64,000 nt of DNA, taken from NCBI GenBank assembly GCA_951406725.2, contig OX597839.1, positions 33,356,001-33,420,000 of the forward strand, given 5' to 3'. The DNA comes from Octopus vulgaris (taxonomy: Eukaryota). The notes beneath the pieces are model-generated. The model had not been told where the DNA came from. It saw only the letters and a program-made list of their open reading frames with translations, and made no database searches. Of the stretch, positions 56,190 to 64,000 are shown in pieces. How positions within the stretch are numbered: the stretch's first letter is position 1; the number at the start of each line of letters is the position of its first letter. Both the position numbers and the translations under genes were made by a program.

Positions 56190-57096
56190 ATAATGGTTTC
56201 AAATTTTGCCACAAGGGTAGCAATTTTGGTGGAGGAGAAAGTCCCAAAATTATGAAAGCAAAGTCGACCTCGGCGGAATTTGAACTCAGAACGTAGCGGC
56301 AGACGAAATACCACGAAACATTTTCATCCAGCGCACTGATTCTTTTGTATTCTATGTACAAGGCCCGAATTTTTTTTGGGGGGGAGGGGGAGGAGCAATC
56401 AATTAGATTGACCCCAGCACGCAACTGGTACTTAATTTGTCGACCCCGAAAGGATGAAAGGCAAAGTCGACCTCGGCGGAATTTGAACTCAGAACGTAGC
56501 GGCAGGCGAAATACCTATTTCTTTACTACCCACAAGGGGCTAAACACAGAGAGGACAAACAAGGACAGACAAACGGATTAAGTCGATTATATGGACCCCA
56601 GTGCGTAACTGGTACTTATTTAATCGACCCCGAAAGGATGAAAGGCAAAGTCGACCTCTGCGAAATTTGAACTCAGAACGTAAAGACAGACGAAATACCT
56701 ATTTCTTTACTACCCACAAAGGGCTAAACACAGAGAGGACAAACAAGGACAGACAAACGGATTAAGTCGATTATATGGACCCCAGTGCGTAACTGGTACT
56801 TATTTAATCAACCCCGAAAGGGTGAAAGGCAAAGTCGACCTCGGCGGAATTTGAACTCAGAACGTAAAGACAGACGAAATACATATTTCTTTACTACCCA
56901 CAAGGGGCTAAACACAGAGAGGACAAACAAGGACAGACAAAGGGGTTAAGTCGATGATATCGACCTCAGTGCGTAACTGGTACTTATTTAATCGACCCCG
57001 AAAGGATGAAAGGCAGAGTCGACCTCGGCAGAATTTGAACTCAGAACGTAGCGGCAGACGAAATACCGCTAAGCATTTCTGCCATCTCGCCGCCTT
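56190..57096 (-). repeat. SINE C head-to-tail multimer with 184-bp period
   Basis: atacc/ataca junction at 56511, 56695, 56879 and 57063; single head at 57096. Confidence 0.92.
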
Positions 57097-57665
57097 ACAA
57101 TAAAGAAATCGTAATAACAAATAATGAAAATGGTGGGAGCTTTCAGGTACAGGCATGGCGGAGTTGTTCAGAAGCTTGTTTTGCAACCAAATTGTTCCGG
57201 GTTCAGTTCCAGACAGGTGGACACGTTTACGGAGCTAGTTTACAGGTGTTCACATTGGAAAAAAAAAACTCTTTCGCTTTTTTTAAAGTAGTATCTACCC
57301 CTTACCTAATAATAATTTCTGCGAATTCCCTTTCTTTACTCTTTATTCTTACTTCCCATAACCTTTATTCCTCCTTTCATCTTTTCTTCCAATTTTGCCC
57401 TTTCCTCTCTCCCCTCTCTCTATTTCAACTTTGTTTTTCCTTTTCCCCCTCCCTATTTATCTATACCTATTTCTTTATTACCCACAAGGGGCTAAACACA
57501 GAGGGGACAAACAAGGACAGACATAGGTATTAAGTCGATTACATCGACCCCAGTGCGTAACTGGTACTTAATTTATCGACCCCCGAAAGGATGAAAGGCA
57601 AAGTCGACCGCGGCGGAATTTGAACTCACTAGGTATTTATCTATACCTTCTCTTCTTCTCTCACC

Positions 57666-57850
57666 AGGCGCAGGAGTGGCTGTGTGGTAAGTAGCTTGTT
57701 TACCAACCACATGGTACCGGGTTCAGTCCCACTGCGTGGCACCATAAGGAAGTGTCTTCTACTATAGCTTCGGGCCGACCAAAGCCTTGTGAGTGGATTT
57801 AGTAGACGGAAACTGAAAGAAGCCCGTCGTATATATATATATATATATAA

Positions 57851-57906
<56 letters not shown>

Positions 57907-58218
57907 GCTTGTTTACCAACCACATGGTTCCGGGTTCAGTCCCACTGCGTGGCACCTTGGGCAAGTGTCTTCTACTATAGCTTCGGGCCGACCAAAGCCT
58001 TGTGAGTGGATTTGGTAGACGGAAACTGAAAGAAGCCCGTCGTATATATGTATATATATATATGTATGTGTGTGTGTGCGTGTATGTTTGTGCCTGTCCC
58101 CCTAGCATTGCTTGACAACCGATGCTGGTGTGTTTTTGTCCCCGTCACTTATAGCCTCGGGCCGACCAAAGCCTTGTGAGTGGATTTGGTAAACGGAAAC
58201 TGAAAGAAGCCTGTCGTA

Positions 58219-58291
<73 letters not shown>

Positions 58292-58515
58292 TTGTGTGTT
58301 TGTCCCCCTGGCATTGCTTGACAACTGATGCTGGTGTGTTTATGTCCCCGTCACTTAGCGTTTCGGCAAAATAGACCGATAGAATAAGTACTGGGCTTAC
58401 AAAAAAGAATAAGTCCCAGGGTCGAGTTGCTCGACTAAAGGCGGTGCTCCAGCATGGTCGCAGTCAAATGACTGAAACAAGTAAAAGAGTAAAAGAGAGA
58501 GAGAGTAAAAGAGTA
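57666..58515 (+). mobile_element. SINE B with internal tandem triplication
   Basis: The body tatagc..cgggccgaccaaagccttgtgagtgg...gaagcc.gtcgt(TA)n occurs three times before a single tail. Confidence 0.88.
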
Positions 58516-58734
58516 TATAAAGATAAAGAATATTTCCTTAACGCCATTTTAAAATGTTAGCGTTCCGTTCGCTACTTAGCTTCCCATAAATGCATATGTG
58601 TGTATATCTGTTTTTGTTCCTGTATATATATGTATATTATGTATGTGTACAAATGTGTGTATGTATGTACACGTATGTATTAGTGTATACGTATATATAT
58701 GTACAATACTTGCACGTACGTGTTCGTGTGTGCA

Positions 58735-58793
<59 letters not shown>

Positions 58794-58855
58794 GCCACAT
58801 TTTCTGTGGTTTCTTATATCTGTTAAAATGTCTATTTGATGAAAACTATTGTTTA

Positions 58856-58947
58856 TTTCCTCCCTGAGAAGATTGATGCATTGCTCAAGATAATTCTTCC
58901 TGTCGGATGTATTTTGAATGTGTCCATCGAAACATATGTCGATGAAA
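58856..58947 (+). ncRNA. Degenerate type I hammerhead motif in a (TA)n-inserted fragment (58792-59005)
   Basis: tttcctc-c-CTGAGAA-gat[long]atc-GAAA-catatg-TC-gatgaaa; G8A substitution and one stem I mismatch. Confidence 0.5.
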
Positions 58948-59009
58948 TGAAGATATAAATGATTTAATAACATCTTGAGCGTTTGTCTCCATTAAAAATT
59001 TTCCTACAT

Positions 59010-61250
<2,241 letters not shown>

Positions 61251-61459
61251 TTTTTATTACTTTAAGGATAAAATCTTTATAAGAAATTATCAGTAGTTAG
61301 CGTGAACACCTCGTAAGAGAAAAAATCCGTAAATTTTTCCACTTTTATATAAATATAAATATAAATAAATATATATATATTTGTTTCGAGTTTTATGGTT
61401 GGTTGTTATGGAGAGATATTTTTGAACAAAATTTACATATACATACATAAATATATATA

Positions 61460-61506
<47 letters not shown>

Positions 61507-61698
61507 TACAAAAATATCTCTCCATAACAACCAACCATAAATCTCCAATTGCCGCTCCACTCAAATCCGCACATTCAAGGAAGATTTTAACACTACGGAG
61601 ACTATACGAATCCAAGCTTAAAATCCAATGCATCACAGCTGATCGACGGCTTAACTGACCGAAGTCTCTGCCAATAGTATTCTTGTTTAAGAACAATG

Positions 61699-62112
<414 letters not shown>

Positions 62113-62369
62113 TATACTCGCAGACGTGTGTGCATGCGAGGCAAGTGCATCCTATGTATTCCGGTTTGGTTGTCATTCCCACTGATGAAAATTACTGCCA
62201 ACAAATTATTTCCTTATTCATTCACACATGTTCTTTCTTTCCACCAGGATAATGAAAGGTCGTCTCGATCGGTTTCTACTTTTATCTCGTTTCTCCAGTA
62301 GAAGAATACCATCTGATGTCCACGGACACATAAATAAGTTTGGCTAATTTTAGTGGATTCAAAATAACA

Positions 62370-63125
62370 CATTATGTATATTGTACAGAAACTGGAACAT
62401 TAAAGAAAGTAGGACACTGTTTCTAATGTATACGAACAAGGTCACTATTTATAGTGTACACAATCTAGGATACTATTTATAATGTATATAAACCAGGTTA
62501 CTATTTATAGTATACACAAACTAGGATACTATTTACAATGTATACAAACCAGTCACTATTTATAGTGTACACGAACTAGGATTCTATTTATAATGTATAC
62601 GAACAAGGTCACTATTTATAGTGTACACAAACTAGGATACTATTTATAATGTATACGACCAAGGTCACTATTTATAGTGTACACAAACTAGGAAACTTTT
62701 TTTATAATGTATATAAAATAGGACACTATTTATAGTGTACATAAACTAGGACACTGTTTATAATGCATATGAACAAGGTCTTTATTTATAGTACACACAA
62801 CTAGCACACTATATATATAATGTATACAAATTAGGTCACTATAGCGTACACGGACTAGGACATTATCTATAATGTATAGAAACTAGGTCACTGTTTGTAG
62901 TGTACGCAAACTAGGACACTATTTATAATGTATACAAACTGGGTCATAATGGCGTACACAAACTAGGATATTATTTGCAATGTATACAAACTAGGTCACT
63001 ATTTATAGGGTACTGAAACTAGGGCACTATTTATAATGTACACAAATTAGGTCACTGTTTATAGTGTACACAAACTAGGACACTATTTATAGTGCATACA
63101 AACTAGGACACTATAGTGAACACAG
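62370..63125. repeat. 28-bp minisatellite with alternating 56-bp dimer structure
   Basis: actatttatagtgtacacaaactaggat alternates with actatttataatgtatacga.caaggtc (e.g. 62611-62666). Confidence 0.92.
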
Positions 63126-63494
63126 TCTTAGACAAGCCAGTCTAATTTGCATAGCAGTGCACTCACTGACAAGGTGGACAAATCATTTATATAGCTTCTT
63201 TTTTGGTAAATAAATAATTCATGGACTAGCATTTAATAGATATATTCGCCATTCTTTCTACAGTAATATGTGACCAAAATATCCGCCATTTCATTTTATC
63301 AAAAGCAAACAAATCTACGACATATTAAACTGGTTTGAGAATGGTTTCATCGATTTTATGGGATTACAATCAATAATCGCGCGCACACGCACACACACAC
63401 ATACACACACTCATACACATACGCACACATAATAATACATTCACTTTCAGTGATTTTGGTGATCGATAAGGCGTCATCATTTTTCATCTAGTCG

Positions 63495-63715
63495 CTTGTC
63501 ATCATCGTTATCATCACAGTAATCATCAGCATCATCACTGCTGCCACAATCATCATCACCATCATCATCATCATCATCGTCGTCGTTGTCGTCGTCGTCA
63601 TCATCACCTCTGACATCATCGGCGTCATTTTTATCATGGTGATGAAGATAATGAGAATTATTATGATCAACGTTCTCAACACCACTCCAATACCACCTCC
63701 ACCACCACCACTACC

Positions 63716-63749
<34 letters not shown>

Positions 63750-63903
63750 TCACCATCATCACAACCATCACGTCCTCCACCACCACCACCATCACCATCA
63801 TCATCATCATCACACCACCACAACTACCACTACCACCACCACCACCACCACCACAACTACCACCACTACCACCACCACCACCACCACCACCACCACCACC
63901 ACC

Positions 63904-63937
<34 letters not shown>

Positions 63938-63945
63938 TCATCATA
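63495..63945. repeat. (CAT)n/(CAC)n trinucleotide region
   Basis: Direct inspection. Confidence 0.93.
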
Positions 63946-64000
63946 ATCAGAACCACGTGTACAATTCCACTTCATTACCAATATATAAAATAAACTTTGT

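Noticed and set aside
56190-57096. CRISPR-like repeat-spacer array (also considered for 35818-37270 and 62370-63125)
   Set aside because: No unique spacers, no cas genes, eukaryotic context; these are SINE multimers and a minisatellite

Overview
AT-rich, microsatellite-saturated eukaryotic (metazoan) DNA; the SINE families and repeat landscape point to a cephalopod, most likely Octopus (inference). There is one credible host gene: an intronless class A GPCR of the myosuppressin-receptor/DMSR-like family (45724-46785, minus strand). Almost everything else is a dense community of mobile elements. (i) Three tRNA-derived SINE families with swapped tails, chimeras and head-to-tail multimers. (ii) More than a dozen 5'-truncated R4/Dong-type RLE retrotransposon ends from about seven subfamilies, all in (TAA)n arrays in one orientation, plus a roughly 540-bp non-coding element with the same target. 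(iii) Short, mostly (TA)n-associated Penelope-like fragments carrying type I hammerhead ribozyme motifs, including a candidate natural G3-C8 covariant core at 24242-24291. (iv) A non-autonomous Helitron, hAT and piggyBac-type MITEs, a Chapaev3-like transposase relic, CR1/RTE/Tx1 remnants and minisatellites. Nearly all low-complexity ORFs in the track are microsatellite artefacts. Family names come from recognised motifs, not database searches.
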